Below, piece after piece: positions 1-8,972 of a stretch of 64,000 nt of DNA. The stretch lies in NCBI GenBank assembly GCA_001799795.1, contig MGUD01000016.1, forward strand, positions 2,105 to 66,104. The letters are read 5' to 3'. The notes beneath the pieces are model-generated. The model was not told the origin of the DNA. It searched no databases and was given only the letters and a program-made list of their open reading frames with translations. Made by a program: the position numbers and the translations under genes. The number at the start of each line of letters is the position of its first letter. The first letter of the stretch is position 1. This DNA comes from Elusimicrobia bacterium GWC2_61_19. GTDB lineage: Bacteria; Elusimicrobiota; Elusimicrobia; Elusimicrobiales; UBA9959.

Positions 1-1505
1 CCGGTCCCCAGGTCGGCCGCGCCCACCAGCAGGTTGAAGGAGCCGTCCTCGTTCATCTTCATCGTGGCGGAGGCCATGTCCACTTCCGGGATGCCCGAGC
101 CCTGCATCATGCAGGCCGCGCCTATGCCGCGGCGTATCGGTCCTTCCTGGTGGCGGTACTTGTCTTTTTTCTCGTTCCACTTTATTTCGGCGAGGCCTTT
201 TTCGATGGCCTCGAAAAGGCCGGTGGAGGTGATCACCTGCTCCACGCCTTCGCGGCCCTCGCCCATGGCCTTGAACACCGGCGACCCCTCGCCGAGCTTT
301 ATGTAATTCATCTTGCGGAATTCCACCGGGTCCATGCCGATCTTGGCGGCCATCATGTCCATCAGGCATTCCCAGGCGAAGAAGCCCTGGGTAGCGCCGT
401 AGCCGCGGTACGCGCCGGCCACCGGCATATTGGTATAAACGCTGCGGCCGATGAACTTGATATTGTTCTTAACGCGATACATCGGAATAGTGTGGGAACC
501 CGCGCACATCATGACGGTCAGGGCGTGGGAGCCGTAAGCGCCGGTATTCAGCGTTATCTCCATCTCGGCGTCGGTTATCGTGCCGTCGTTCTTTACGCCG
601 GCCTTCATGCGGCAGATGGCGGGATGGCGGGTACGCGAAGAAATAAAGGTCTCTTTCCGGGTGTATTCCAGCTTAACGGGCTTGCCGGTCTTGAGCGCCA
701 GCGCGGCCACTATATCCTCCAGCACCTCCTGCTTGGAGCCGAAGCCGCCGCCGATGCGCGGCTTTATCACGCGTATGTTTTTAACGGGGAGCTTGAGCGC
801 CTGCGCCACTATGCGGCGCACGTGGAAAGGCACCTGTGTGGAGGTCCGCAGCACCAGGCGGCCGAAGTTGTCGAAGTAAGCGATGGAAATATGCGGTTCG
901 ATGGCGCAATGCTGCAGGTAGGGGATGCTCCAGCTGTGTTCGAAGACGTGGTCCGCCTCTTTGAACCACTCGCCGTTCTTCACCTCGAAGTCGAACTTGG
1001 CGGCGATGTTATGCTTGGCGTCGGGGATGTTCTTGGAGTCGGCCTCGTCGTGGATGACCGGGGCGCCGTCCTTCATGGCCGAGGCGGTGTCCAGCACGGC
1101 CGGGAGGATCTCGTAGTCCACTTTAATTTTGGAAACGGCTTCCTGGGCGGCTTCCATCGTCTCGGCGGCCACGGCGGCCACCCTGTCGCCGACGTAGCGG
1201 ACTTTATTGTCCAGCGTGTAGGTATCGTAGGGTGACGGTTCCGGATAGCCCTGGCCTGCGGTGGTATGCGGCACGCGGGGCAGGTCCTTGTAGGTCAGCA
1301 CGGCTTTAACGCCGGGCACCTTGAGCGCCGCGGAAGTGTCTATCTTCTTTATCCGGGCGTGGGCGTGCGGGCTCCAGAGCAGCTTGGCGTACAGCAGGCC
1401 CTTGAAATCCATATCGTCGGTGAAGGCCGGCTCGCCGCAGGCGAGGCCCATGGCGTCCATTTTAATTACGGGCTGGTTTACCACTTTAAGATTTTTAGCG
1501 TCCAT
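1..1505 (-). CDS. Xanthine dehydrogenase/aldehyde oxidase-family molybdopterin-binding large subunit, set A (first ~501 codons; C-terminus lies beyond the window edge)
   Basis: Absent from the ORF track because it runs off the edge. My minus-strand translation from ATG 1505-1503 reads MDAKNLKVVNQPVIKMDAMGLACGEPAFTDD... and stays open to base 1. Family motifs IGGGFGSKQE and AYRGYGATQGFF. Starts 30 nt downstream of the 2Fe-2S subunit gene. Confidence 0.85.
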   Translation of the reverse strand, partial: MDAKNLKVVNQPVIKMDAMGLACGEPAFTDDMDFKGLLYAKLLWSPHAHARIKKIDTSAALKVPGVKAVLTYKDLPRVPHTTAGQGYPEPSPYDTYTLDNKVRYVGDRVAAVAAETMEAAQEAVSKIKVDYEILPAVLDTASAMKDGAPVIHDEADSKNIPDAKHNIAAKFDFEVKNGEWFKEADHVFEHSWSIPYLQHCAIEPHISIAYFDNFGRLVLRTSTQVPFHVRRIVAQALKLPVKNIRVIKPRIGGGFGSKQEVLEDIVAALALKTGKPVKLEYTRKETFISSRTRHPAICRMKAGVKNDGTITDAEMEITLNTGAYGSHALTVMMCAGSHTIPMYRVKNNIKFIGRSVYTNMPVAGAYRGYGATQGFFAWECLMDMMAAKIGMDPVEFRKMNYIKLGEGSPVFKAMGEGREGVEQVITSTGLFEAIEKGLAEIKWNEKKDKYRHQEGPIRRGIGAACMMQGSGIPEVDMASATMKMNEDGSFNLLVGAADLGT

Positions 1506-1535
1506 AGTTGGTCCCTTTAAATTAATTTAGCCGGC

Positions 1536-2045
1536 TTACTTCCCTTTCGTCCTGAGCCTTTTGGCCGCGTCCTTTACGGCCTCCACCTGCTTTACGTAGC
1601 CGGTGCAGCGGCAGAGGTTGCCGTCCAGCGCTTTGCGGATCTCGGCTTCGGTCGGATTCTTGTTCGAGTCCAGCAGGTGCTTGGAGGAAAGTATCATGCC
1701 CGGGATGCAGAAGCCGCACTGCACCGCGCCGGCCTCCACGAAGGCCTCCTGCAGGGGGTGCGGGTCGCGCACGGAACCGAGACCCTCTATAGTGGTAAGT
1801 TCCCCGCCGTGGGCGGTCACCGCCGGCACCAGGCAGCCCAGCACCGGCTTGCCGTTGAGCAGCACCGTGCAGGAGCCGCAGTCGCCGGTGTCGCAGCCCT
1901 TCTTGGTGCCCTTCCAGCCGTGGCGGCGCAGGGCGTCCAGCAGGAATTCCCCGTTCTTCACGGCCAATTCCTTCTTCTCGCCGTTCACACGGAGCTCTAT
2001 GTTAAAAAAGCCTTTCACCGTTTCTATCATGTCGTTCTTTTTCAT
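1536..2045 (-). CDS. [2Fe-2S]-binding small subunit of Mo-hydroxylase, set A (CoxS-like)
   Basis: 169 aa. Cys clusters CDTGDCGSC and CGFC...CRCTGY typical of this subunit family. ATG 2045 preceded by GAGG. Confidence 0.9.
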   Translation of the reverse strand: MKKNDMIETVKGFFNIELRVNGEKKELAVKNGEFLLDALRRHGWKGTKKGCDTGDCGSCTVLLNGKPVLGCLVPAVTAHGGELTTIEGLGSVRDPHPLQEAFVEAGAVQCGFCIPGMILSSKHLLDSNKNPTEAEIRKALDGNLCRCTGYVKQVEAVKDAAKRLRTKGK

Positions 2046-2055
2046 GGTTTATACC

Positions 2056-2865
2056 TCAAAGGGACTTTATAAAGCGCGCCAGCAGATTGGAGGCGGCCGT
2101 CGAGCGGTACTCCCCGGCGCGCGCTGCGTCCAGGTCCGACGCGAAGGCCTTAGAGGCGGAGGCGTCCCCGGCCAGCATGGCCTTTTCGGCGGCCGGCGCC
2201 AGGAACGGCTTGGGGGACAGCGCCCCGACGGACACTCTCGCGCGGGAGAGGGCTTTGCCTTTCTTCTCCGCGGCGAAGAAAAGGGTTATGTAGGACTCCC
2301 AGCTGGACTGCGTCCTAGCCAGTTTTATGAACTCGCACTTCCATTTCTTGGTCCTGGCGGGGATCACGATCTCGGTTATAAGGCAGTCCAGGCCGGGGCG
2401 CAGGCCCAGGCCGGAAGAGTAAAGGGCGGAGAAGTCGATAAGTTTCGTTCCACCCCGGGCCTGCAGGCGGACCTTGGCGTCCAGGCCGAGCAGCACCACC
2501 GGGAAAATATTGAACGAATGGGGGCGGGCGATATTGCCGCCGATAGTGGCCATGTTGCGCACCAGCTGGGTGGAACATTTAGAGGCCGCCGCCGAGATGA
2601 CGCCGCCGGCCCAGCTCCTGCAGAGCTTATCGCGGTCTATCTCGTCGAAGGTGGCGCCGGCGCCTATCACCAGGTTCCCCCCCGCGAGTTTTATGCCCTT
2701 GATGGGCAGGTTCTTCAGGTCCAGGTAGGTCTCAACGCTGTCGGGCAGGGTTTTGGCCACCAGCGTACCGCCGGCCAGGGCCATGGCTTTATATTTCTTA
2801 TCGAGCAGCAGCGCGACGGCGTCCTTCACGTTGGAAGGGAAAGCGTAGTATTTAATGTTTTTCAC
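2056..2865 (-). CDS. FAD-binding medium subunit of Mo-hydroxylase, set A (CoxM-like)
   Basis: The ORF-track start at 2889 is a TTG that overlaps the upstream gene by 11 nt. GTG 2865 is preceded by GGAGGA (2869-2874), so I prefer it. Motifs ALAGGT and ATIGGNIARP. Confidence 0.8.
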   Translation of the reverse strand: MKNIKYYAFPSNVKDAVALLLDKKYKAMALAGGTLVAKTLPDSVETYLDLKNLPIKGIKLAGGNLVIGAGATFDEIDRDKLCRSWAGGVISAAASKCSTQLVRNMATIGGNIARPHSFNIFPVVLLGLDAKVRLQARGGTKLIDFSALYSSGLGLRPGLDCLITEIVIPARTKKWKCEFIKLARTQSSWESYITLFFAAEKKGKALSRARVSVGALSPKPFLAPAAEKAMLAGDASASKAFASDLDAARAGEYRSTAASNLLARFIKSL

Positions 2866-2878
2866 GGGTCCTCCAGTT

Positions 2879-4588
2879 TTATTTCTCAAAATACGGGTGC
2901 GGCAGGTAAGGCTGCCGGTCGGGTTTGGTCTCCGTCGGCTTGAGTTCCATTTCCTGCACCAGCAGCGCCGACGGGGCCACTATGGACGCGGGCACATAAC
3001 CGCGGTTATAGTAGAAAGGGCCCGGCTGAAAATAGTTATATACGTAATCCTTATCCGAAACCAGCAGGATATCCCGCAGCGCCCTGAAAGTTACGCCAGC
3101 CCACTCGGAAAGCCCGATGACGGTCTCGGAGCCGTCTTTCACGCTTACCTTGTAGGCGAGCACCGGACCGGCCAGCAGGTCTTCGGTTTTCTTCTGGTCC
3201 TCGGGGTCCAGGCGGCGCACCAGCACCGCGTAGTCCAGGCCGCTTTCGGCCGCCATGGCCAGCAGTTTCTTCTTCAGTTCGGCCTCGGGCACGCGCTTCT
3301 CCGCCTGGGCGGTGAAGAACAGGCTGCCGGGGCGCGGCGCGGGGAACTCGTTGACGAAGCCGCGCGCGTGGCCGTTGGAGACGGCGTATTCCTTTACCGG
3401 GGCGCGGCCCATATAGAAGTTAACGAGCTTGCCGTTGCGGACGAGTTCGAGCGGCGCCGGCTTCACGCCCTCGTTATCGATGGGATAGCTGCCGTTGAGA
3501 CGCACGCCGTTATAGGAAACCTCCAGCGGGTTGTCCGTGACGTTCATAAAGGCCGGCAGCACGCGCATATTAAGCTTCTTGGTCAGCTCGCCCGAGGCGA
3601 TATAATAGCGCAGCCAGTCGTCGCGGTCCGCCCAGGGCTTGCGGGCGAAGGAAATATTGCCGACGAAGATCTGGTTGAGGAATTCGGCGGCGGCCTGGTC
3701 CTCGAACATCACCGGCCCGAGATAGACCTCGGCCGTGGAAGAGTCCACTATATAGCTCATATCCCTGGCGAACGCCTCCGTCTGGGCGGCCAGCTCGTCG
3801 TAGGACGGCACGTCGGCCAGGGAACGCCAGGCCAGGGTTTTCGCGTCGGCGATCTTATAGCCCGCGCGGTCCTGCACGGTGGCCCTGATATCAAGGCTAA
3901 CCTTGTCCCACCAGTAGCGGTAGGCCGTCCCCTCGCTGTTGACGAAGCGCGCCGTGCGCAGCGTCCGGCTGAAGTTCACCTGGGAGCCCTGCACCTTGGG
4001 GTACTTGCGGAAAATGCCGGAAAGCCCGCGGACCTTCTCGCGCCAGGCGTCGGCGTCGAAAGCCTCGGCGCTTTTCCGGTCGTCGAAGAAAGTCTCTTTT
4101 TTAGCGGGGGCAAGGTCGCCGTAGAGCTCGGTTATGTTCTTTTTTTTCTGGTAGGCCTTCTTCTGGGAATATTTTTCCAGCGCCTTCTTATAAACGTCGT
4201 CGGTCAGGGACCAAAGGGCGAAGCGGATGGCGTCGTAGCCGTCCTCCTCGTTAAGGGAGGCGGAACCGGGCTCGTAGCCGTTGAAATCCTGCCCCACATA
4301 GTCCGAATTGTCGAAAGCCGGGCTGCCCACGCGCAGGTCCGCCATGGCGTTACGCGAGACGCTGGCGGTATCGTCGCGCAGGGACCCGAACACGCCGGAG
4401 ATGGCGTTCTCGGTGGAGTCGATGACATAATAGGACACGAAGTACGGCCTGTCGAGGTTGTCCATCTTAAGGCGCTGCACGGTGCGCTGCATTTCGTCCG
4501 TCATGGCCTTAAGCACCACGTCGTCGGCCGCCGCGGCCGGGGACGCCGCGGGCAGGAGCAGGGCCAGAATAAAGAGGTATTTTTTCAT
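2879..4588 (-). CDS. Exported TldE/PmbA-like protein (TldD/PmbA fold, no HExxxH)
   Basis: 569 aa. N-terminal Sec-type signal MKKYLFILALLLPAASPAAAADD. The C-terminal half aligns by eye with the upstream paralog (IDNEGV...LVRNGKL...SNGHARG) but lacks the metal-binding HExxxH and the GxCG motif. Confidence 0.7.
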   Translation of the reverse strand: MKKYLFILALLLPAASPAAAADDVVLKAMTDEMQRTVQRLKMDNLDRPYFVSYYVIDSTENAISGVFGSLRDDTASVSRNAMADLRVGSPAFDNSDYVGQDFNGYEPGSASLNEEDGYDAIRFALWSLTDDVYKKALEKYSQKKAYQKKKNITELYGDLAPAKKETFFDDRKSAEAFDADAWREKVRGLSGIFRKYPKVQGSQVNFSRTLRTARFVNSEGTAYRYWWDKVSLDIRATVQDRAGYKIADAKTLAWRSLADVPSYDELAAQTEAFARDMSYIVDSSTAEVYLGPVMFEDQAAAEFLNQIFVGNISFARKPWADRDDWLRYYIASGELTKKLNMRVLPAFMNVTDNPLEVSYNGVRLNGSYPIDNEGVKPAPLELVRNGKLVNFYMGRAPVKEYAVSNGHARGFVNEFPAPRPGSLFFTAQAEKRVPEAELKKKLLAMAAESGLDYAVLVRRLDPEDQKKTEDLLAGPVLAYKVSVKDGSETVIGLSEWAGVTFRALRDILLVSDKDYVYNYFQPGPFYYNRGYVPASIVAPSALLVQEMELKPTETKPDRQPYLPHPYFEK

Positions 4589-4592
4589 AGGG

Positions 4593-6275
4593 TCACCTGT
4601 CCGTGAAAGGCGGCTTGAGCACGGGCGGCCTGGCGTTGGACTTCTGCACTTTCTCCGTTTCCATTTCCGAGAACAGCAGGCTCGGGGAGACGGCGGAAAC
4701 CGGCACCCAACCGGACTCGGCCCCGCAGGAGCCGTTGAAAACGCCGTAATCGTCGCCGGTGACCAGTATGCGCCCGAAGGTCTGCAGCGGGGTGCCTATC
4801 AGGTTCAGCCCGCGCACGGGCTCGTCGGGGCGGCCGTCCGCGAACACCTTGTACCCCTGCGTGACCTGCACGGAGAAGCTCTGCGGCAGGGAGCGCTCGG
4901 TGATGGTGAAGCCGCCGGAAATATCGGTCACCACCAGCCCGTAGGGCTTCCCGGCCTTTTTGGCCTCTTCGATAAGCCGCTTACGCAGCTCGGCGTAAGG
5001 CAGGGTCTTCGAGGAAACGGCTATCAGGTTCCCCTGGCGCGCCACGGCCCCGTTGCCTTCGGAACGGCGCCCGTGCCCGTTGGAAGCCTGGAAATTCTTT
5101 ATCGGGGACCGCCCCATCAGGAAGCCCTTAAGGATCCCGTTCTCCACCAGCACGGCCCGCTGCGCGGGCATTGCCTCGTCGTCGTAGCGGTAGAACCCCC
5201 GCAGGAACTGGGCGCCCTGCCTGTACAGCGTAGGGTCGTCGTAAACGGACAGGAATGCCGGCATTATCGGCTGGCCGACCATCTTGGCGAAGGTCTGCCC
5301 CGACTCCTCGCTCTTCTGGCGGTGCCCTTCCAGGCGGTGGCCCAGGATCTCGTGGAAGAAGACGCCGGCGGCGCGGCTTTCCAGCAGCACCGGGCCGCTG
5401 TAGGGCTGCTCGGGCGGCGCGTTTTTCTGCGCTTTAAGCGCCGCTATCGAAGCGTCTATGTCTTTGGCGATAACGGCTTCGTCGGGGATCTCGCCGGGTT
5501 TATCGGAATCGTAGATCTTAACGGTGGACAGGTCCATGCCGTCGGCCGTGCGCGTATAAAGGGAATAGATGAACCTGATATAGGTATTCCCCGTGACTAT
5601 GGCCGAACCTTCCGAATTGACCATATAGCGGTTCACGGTGTCAGCCGAGAACCGGACCGTCGAGTCGTAGATAAAATCACAGGGCTTGAACTTTTCCGAC
5701 AGGCGGCGGGCCATGGAGCGGAGTTTAGCTTTGTCGAAGGCCGGGAAAACGGCCTTTTCATAGAAGGCCTCCGGCTTACCGGCGGTGAAGTCGTTGGACT
5801 TATCCTCTTCCTCCGCCGTGACGCTCTTGTTCATTTTGACCTTGGCGTACTGGTCGAGCGCGGTCTTGTAAGCCCGGTCGGTGAGGTTCCAGATCTCGGC
5901 GCGCAGCGGGGCCGGGGCGTCCTCCACCGGCAGGCCAAAAACCTCCTGCCGCTTGGAGTTATAGGCGCCGCCGCCTTTCATCTCGTGCGTATTGTCCAGG
6001 GCATAGGAACCGATCCGCACGTCCACGTCCAGCAGGCGGCTGCGCCTGGCGTCCTCGCTGTAAACGGTGCCCTCCTGGGCCGAAAGGCTGTAGGAGGTTT
6101 TATCGTACGCCTCGTAGCCGATGTAATAAAGCGGGGACGGCTCGGCGTTCTTGAGTTTCTGGGCGGAACGGTTAAGCTCGGTTTTCAAAGCTTCCAGCAG
6201 GGGGTCGGAGGCGGCGGGCTGGGCGCTTACGGCGCAGGGCAGCGCCAGCAGGACGGCGGCGATCAGTTTTTTCAT
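4593..6275 (-). CDS. Exported TldD-like metalloprotease
   Basis: ATG 6275 chosen (GGAGAA 5 nt upstream); the ORF-track start at 6290 is a GTG. Signal peptide MKKLIAAVLLALPCAVSAQP. TldD metal site FHEILGHRLEGH (HExxxH) and C-terminal NGSCGAESG. Confidence 0.8.
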   Translation of the reverse strand: MKKLIAAVLLALPCAVSAQPAASDPLLEALKTELNRSAQKLKNAEPSPLYYIGYEAYDKTSYSLSAQEGTVYSEDARRSRLLDVDVRIGSYALDNTHEMKGGGAYNSKRQEVFGLPVEDAPAPLRAEIWNLTDRAYKTALDQYAKVKMNKSVTAEEEDKSNDFTAGKPEAFYEKAVFPAFDKAKLRSMARRLSEKFKPCDFIYDSTVRFSADTVNRYMVNSEGSAIVTGNTYIRFIYSLYTRTADGMDLSTVKIYDSDKPGEIPDEAVIAKDIDASIAALKAQKNAPPEQPYSGPVLLESRAAGVFFHEILGHRLEGHRQKSEESGQTFAKMVGQPIMPAFLSVYDDPTLYRQGAQFLRGFYRYDDEAMPAQRAVLVENGILKGFLMGRSPIKNFQASNGHGRRSEGNGAVARQGNLIAVSSKTLPYAELRKRLIEEAKKAGKPYGLVVTDISGGFTITERSLPQSFSVQVTQGYKVFADGRPDEPVRGLNLIGTPLQTFGRILVTGDDYGVFNGSCGAESGWVPVSAVSPSLLFSEMETEKVQKSNARPPVLKPPFTDR

Positions 6276-6293
6276 TTTATTCTCCGGCACGGA

Positions 6294-7136
6294 TCAAGAC
6301 TGAAAAGAATCAAGGGCGCGCTCAAGCAGCACGCCGCACATTTCCCGGCGGTAGTCGGCGGCGCTGCGGGCGTCGGTTATCGGCGAAACCTCGGCTTTTA
6401 CCAGGGCCGCCGCGTCCCTTATCACTTCAGGGGACAGCTTTTTTCCGGCCAGCCAGGCGGAAGTCTTTACGGCGTAAAGCGGCACCGGGGCCACGGAGCC
6501 CAGGGCGATGCAGGCCAGCTTAACCGCTCCGCCCGACAGTTCCACGGAAACGGCGACCGCGGCCTTGGAAATGCCGAAATAAGCGCGCGGCCCTATTTTG
6601 AGGTAGGCCCCGAGGTGCTTGCGTTTGGGGATCTCGAAAGCCGCGATAATTTCGTCTTTTTTCAGCGCGGTGCGCTTGGGGCCGAGGAAAAGGTCTTTGA
6701 GCGGCAGGCGGCGCCGCTTGCCTTTAAGCGCGAGGTGAACGAAAGCCCCCTCCGCCACCAGGGCGGTCACGCCGTCGGCGCAGGGGCTGCCGTTGGCGGC
6801 GTTGCCGCCGAGGGTGGCCATATTGCGCAGACTGGGGCTGGCGAAATGGGGTATGGCGGCCAGCAGCGCCGGGCACCAGCGGCGGGCGGCCGCGGACTTT
6901 TCTATAGCGGAGATCTTTACGCAGGAACCGATAAAAATGGAGGAAGCCGTTTCTTTTATCCCGCCGAGCTCGGGGAGGTCGCTGATATCTATCCAGCATT
7001 CGGACCGCTCGACGCCGGCATTGTCGGCGGTAACGATGTCGGTGCCGCCGGCCAGGTAACGCCGGTTGCGGCTCAGCCCGGGGAGGGTTTTCCAAAGTTC
7101 TTTCAGAGTGGCGGGCTTTACGATTATTTCAGGCAT
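6294..7136 (-). CDS. FAD-binding medium subunit of Mo-hydroxylase, set B
   Basis: ATG 7136 chosen (MPEIIVKPATLKEL...). The 34-codon extension in the ORF track would overlap the 2Fe-2S gene. Motifs LAGGTDIV and ATLGGNAANGSP. Confidence 0.85.
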   Translation of the reverse strand: MPEIIVKPATLKELWKTLPGLSRNRRYLAGGTDIVTADNAGVERSECWIDISDLPELGGIKETASSIFIGSCVKISAIEKSAAARRWCPALLAAIPHFASPSLRNMATLGGNAANGSPCADGVTALVAEGAFVHLALKGKRRRLPLKDLFLGPKRTALKKDEIIAAFEIPKRKHLGAYLKIGPRAYFGISKAAVAVSVELSGGAVKLACIALGSVAPVPLYAVKTSAWLAGKKLSPEVIRDAAALVKAEVSPITDARSAADYRREMCGVLLERALDSFQS

Positions 7137-7161
7137 GATCTTAGGTGAAAATTGCGCCCAA

Positions 7162-7644
7162 CTATTTCGCCGTTTTCGCTTTTTCCACGGCGGAAAGCAC
7201 CTTCTCGTAGCCGGTGCAGCGGCAGAGGTTGCCGGCAAGTTCCAGTTTTATATCTTCAAGCGTGGCCTTGGGGTTACGGCGGAGCAGCGCCTCGGAGGCG
7301 ATTATCAGCCCGGGGGTGCAGAAACCGCACTGCACGGCGCCCTCGGCCATGAAAGTTTTTTGCAGGGGATGCAGGCCGCCATCCTTGCCTTTGATCCCCT
7401 CTATGGTAACGAGTTCTTTGCCGTGCAGCTGCACGGCCATCATCAGGCAGGAGTTGACGGCCAAGCCGTCCACCAGCACCATGCAGGCCCCGCACTCGCC
7501 CTCGCCGCAGCCTTCCTTGGTGCCCTTCAGCCCCAGGTCCTCGCGGATGAAATCAAGCAAAGAGCGGGAGGATGGTATCTCCCGCTCTACTTTGTGGCCG
7601 TTTACAAGGCAGGAAAGGCCGAAGGTGGCTGTTTTCGAAGTCAT
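7162..7644 (-). CDS. [2Fe-2S]-binding small subunit of Mo-hydroxylase, set B
   Basis: 160 aa. Cys clusters CGEGECGAC and CGFC...CRCTGY. ATG 7644 preceded by AAGGA. Confidence 0.9.
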   Translation of the reverse strand: MTSKTATFGLSCLVNGHKVEREIPSSRSLLDFIREDLGLKGTKEGCGEGECGACMVLVDGLAVNSCLMMAVQLHGKELVTIEGIKGKDGGLHPLQKTFMAEGAVQCGFCTPGLIIASEALLRRNPKATLEDIKLELAGNLCRCTGYEKVLSAVEKAKTAK

Positions 7645-7659
7645 CGTCCTTGCGCCGGT

Positions 7660-8958
7660 CTAGAAGTCGAAGCCCATGCCCACTATGAATTTAACGCCGC
7701 TCAGGACTATAGAATCGGATTCGCCGCTGACGCCGCCGCGGTCGAAGCTTATGCTGTTGAGCTCATAGCGCAGTTCCGCTACCAGCTGCGTCTTCTCGGC
7801 GATCTTCATGCGCAGGCCGACCGGGATCCTGAACATGAAACCAAGCCCCATGTCTTCGGTGGGCCTGACAAAGGAACCGTTGGTAAAGCCCTTAACGTAA
7901 GGCAGTTCGATGGAATTCAGCGACAGACCGAGGCCTATGCCGAAGTAGGGGTCCACTTTTTTGCCGGCGTGGCGGATAAGCAGGTCGCCGCTTATGCCGA
8001 AGGTCTTGACCGTGGCGTAATCGTTGGAAGTGAACGTGAAATTACCGGGCGCGCCGCCGTTGAGCGACCAGGTGGTATCCTGCGCCGCTATATTGCGCTT
8101 CTCATAGGAAAGTTCGATGTCTCCGCCCAGGGCGCCCTTACCGAAGCCGCCCACGCGGAAAGCTATGGGGCCGACGCCTTCGGTCTTAAGTTTATCCCAG
8201 GTAACCGTTCTGTAATCCGCATGGCCGATAATGCTGTTCAGGTCGATGCCCAGGTCGTTGTTGGTATCACCGGGCAGGTTGCTCAGGGTGATATTCCCGT
8301 TGGCGTTGGAGAATTCCAGTTTCATGTCGGGCGCGCCGAAACCCATGAATATGTCGAAGAAGCCATACTCGTGTTCGCCGCGGGCGACGGGCGCGCGCAT
8401 GGGAGCGGCGGCTGCCGGCTGCTGATAGGCGGGCTGTTGGTAAGCCGGCTGCTGGGGAGCGGTGGCAGCGTCGCCGACCCAGTTCTTGTCCAGCGTCACC
8501 TGCGAGGCGCCGATGGCCTGCGCGGTCTCGGTCTTTATCAGGCGGGCGTTAACCTCTATCTGGCCGCCGGAAGTCTCTACCAGGGTGCCGGTCACGATGG
8601 CTTCCACGCCCAGCACCTTGCCCAGTTGCTGCGCGCTGGAGGCGTCTATGGTGCCGGAGGCCTGCAGTTTCAGTTCGGCCATCACCTTGTCCAGCACGGA
8701 GCGCTCGATGATCTCGAACTTGTGCATATTGATCATCTTTATGGTGAGACGCTCGGAAATTACAGAGCCGTCCTTGGTAGCGCCGGCCCTGCCGTCGGCG
8801 TAGGAAAAGGGGATTATGGCTATTTTTTTGCCCTGGATCGAGGTCCCGGCATCCGTAATTTCATTTGCCAGCTGCTGATACCCGTCCATCGCATAGGCGC
8901 CTGCGGTAAAAGCCAGGAACAGCATGCCAGCAAAAAACGCTTTGATGATATTTTTCAT
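7660..8958 (-). CDS. Outer-membrane protein: signal peptide + FlgO/CsgG/LpoB-like periplasmic domain + Q/P/A-rich linker + C-terminal beta-barrel
   Basis: 432 aa. Signal MKNIIKAFFAGMLFLAFTAGAYA. N-domain KKIAIIPFSY...ERSVLDKVMAELKLQASG...GVEAIVTGTL resembles FlgO/CsgG-type domains. Linker QQPAYQQPAYQQPAAAAP. The C-terminal third has alternating hydrophobic strands and ends GMGFDF (terminal Phe, an OMP signature). Confidence 0.6.
   Translation of the reverse strand: MKNIIKAFFAGMLFLAFTAGAYAMDGYQQLANEITDAGTSIQGKKIAIIPFSYADGRAGATKDGSVISERLTIKMINMHKFEIIERSVLDKVMAELKLQASGTIDASSAQQLGKVLGVEAIVTGTLVETSGGQIEVNARLIKTETAQAIGASQVTLDKNWVGDAATAPQQPAYQQPAYQQPAAAAPMRAPVARGEHEYGFFDIFMGFGAPDMKLEFSNANGNITLSNLPGDTNNDLGIDLNSIIGHADYRTVTWDKLKTEGVGPIAFRVGGFGKGALGGDIELSYEKRNIAAQDTTWSLNGGAPGNFTFTSNDYATVKTFGISGDLLIRHAGKKVDPYFGIGLGLSLNSIELPYVKGFTNGSFVRPTEDMGLGFMFRIPVGLRMKIAEKTQLVAELRYELNSISFDRGGVSGESDSIVLSGVKFIVGMGFDF
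8413..8454 (-). repeat. Imperfect 15-nt tandem repeat (about 2.8 units) encoding QQPAY-QQPAY-QQPA in the OMP linker
   Basis: Minus-strand units cagcagccggcttac / caacagcccgcctat / cagcagccggca, read directly. In frame and coding. Confidence 0.85.
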
Positions 8959-8972
8959 TATTTTTCCCTCGA

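Noticed and set aside
2865-2889. 11-nt overlap between the TldE-like gene and the set A FAD-subunit gene, as implied by the ORF track
   Set aside because: The track start is a TTG with no SD. A GTG at 2865 preceded by GGAGGA gives a conventional 13-nt spacer instead. The overlap is therefore probably an artefact of the longest-ORF rule.
4458-7148. 896-aa plus-strand ORF spanning the TldD-like and FAD-subunit genes
   Set aside because: It lies antisense to two genes with clear family motifs. Its translation is Gly/Arg/Ala/Val-rich low-complexity sequence with no recognisable domain. This is a typical shadow ORF of GC-rich DNA.
8413-8454. Short tandem repeat as a possible CRISPR or minisatellite
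   Set aside because: There are fewer than three imperfect 15-nt units with no spacers. The repeat is in frame within the OMP gene, where it encodes the QQPAY linker.
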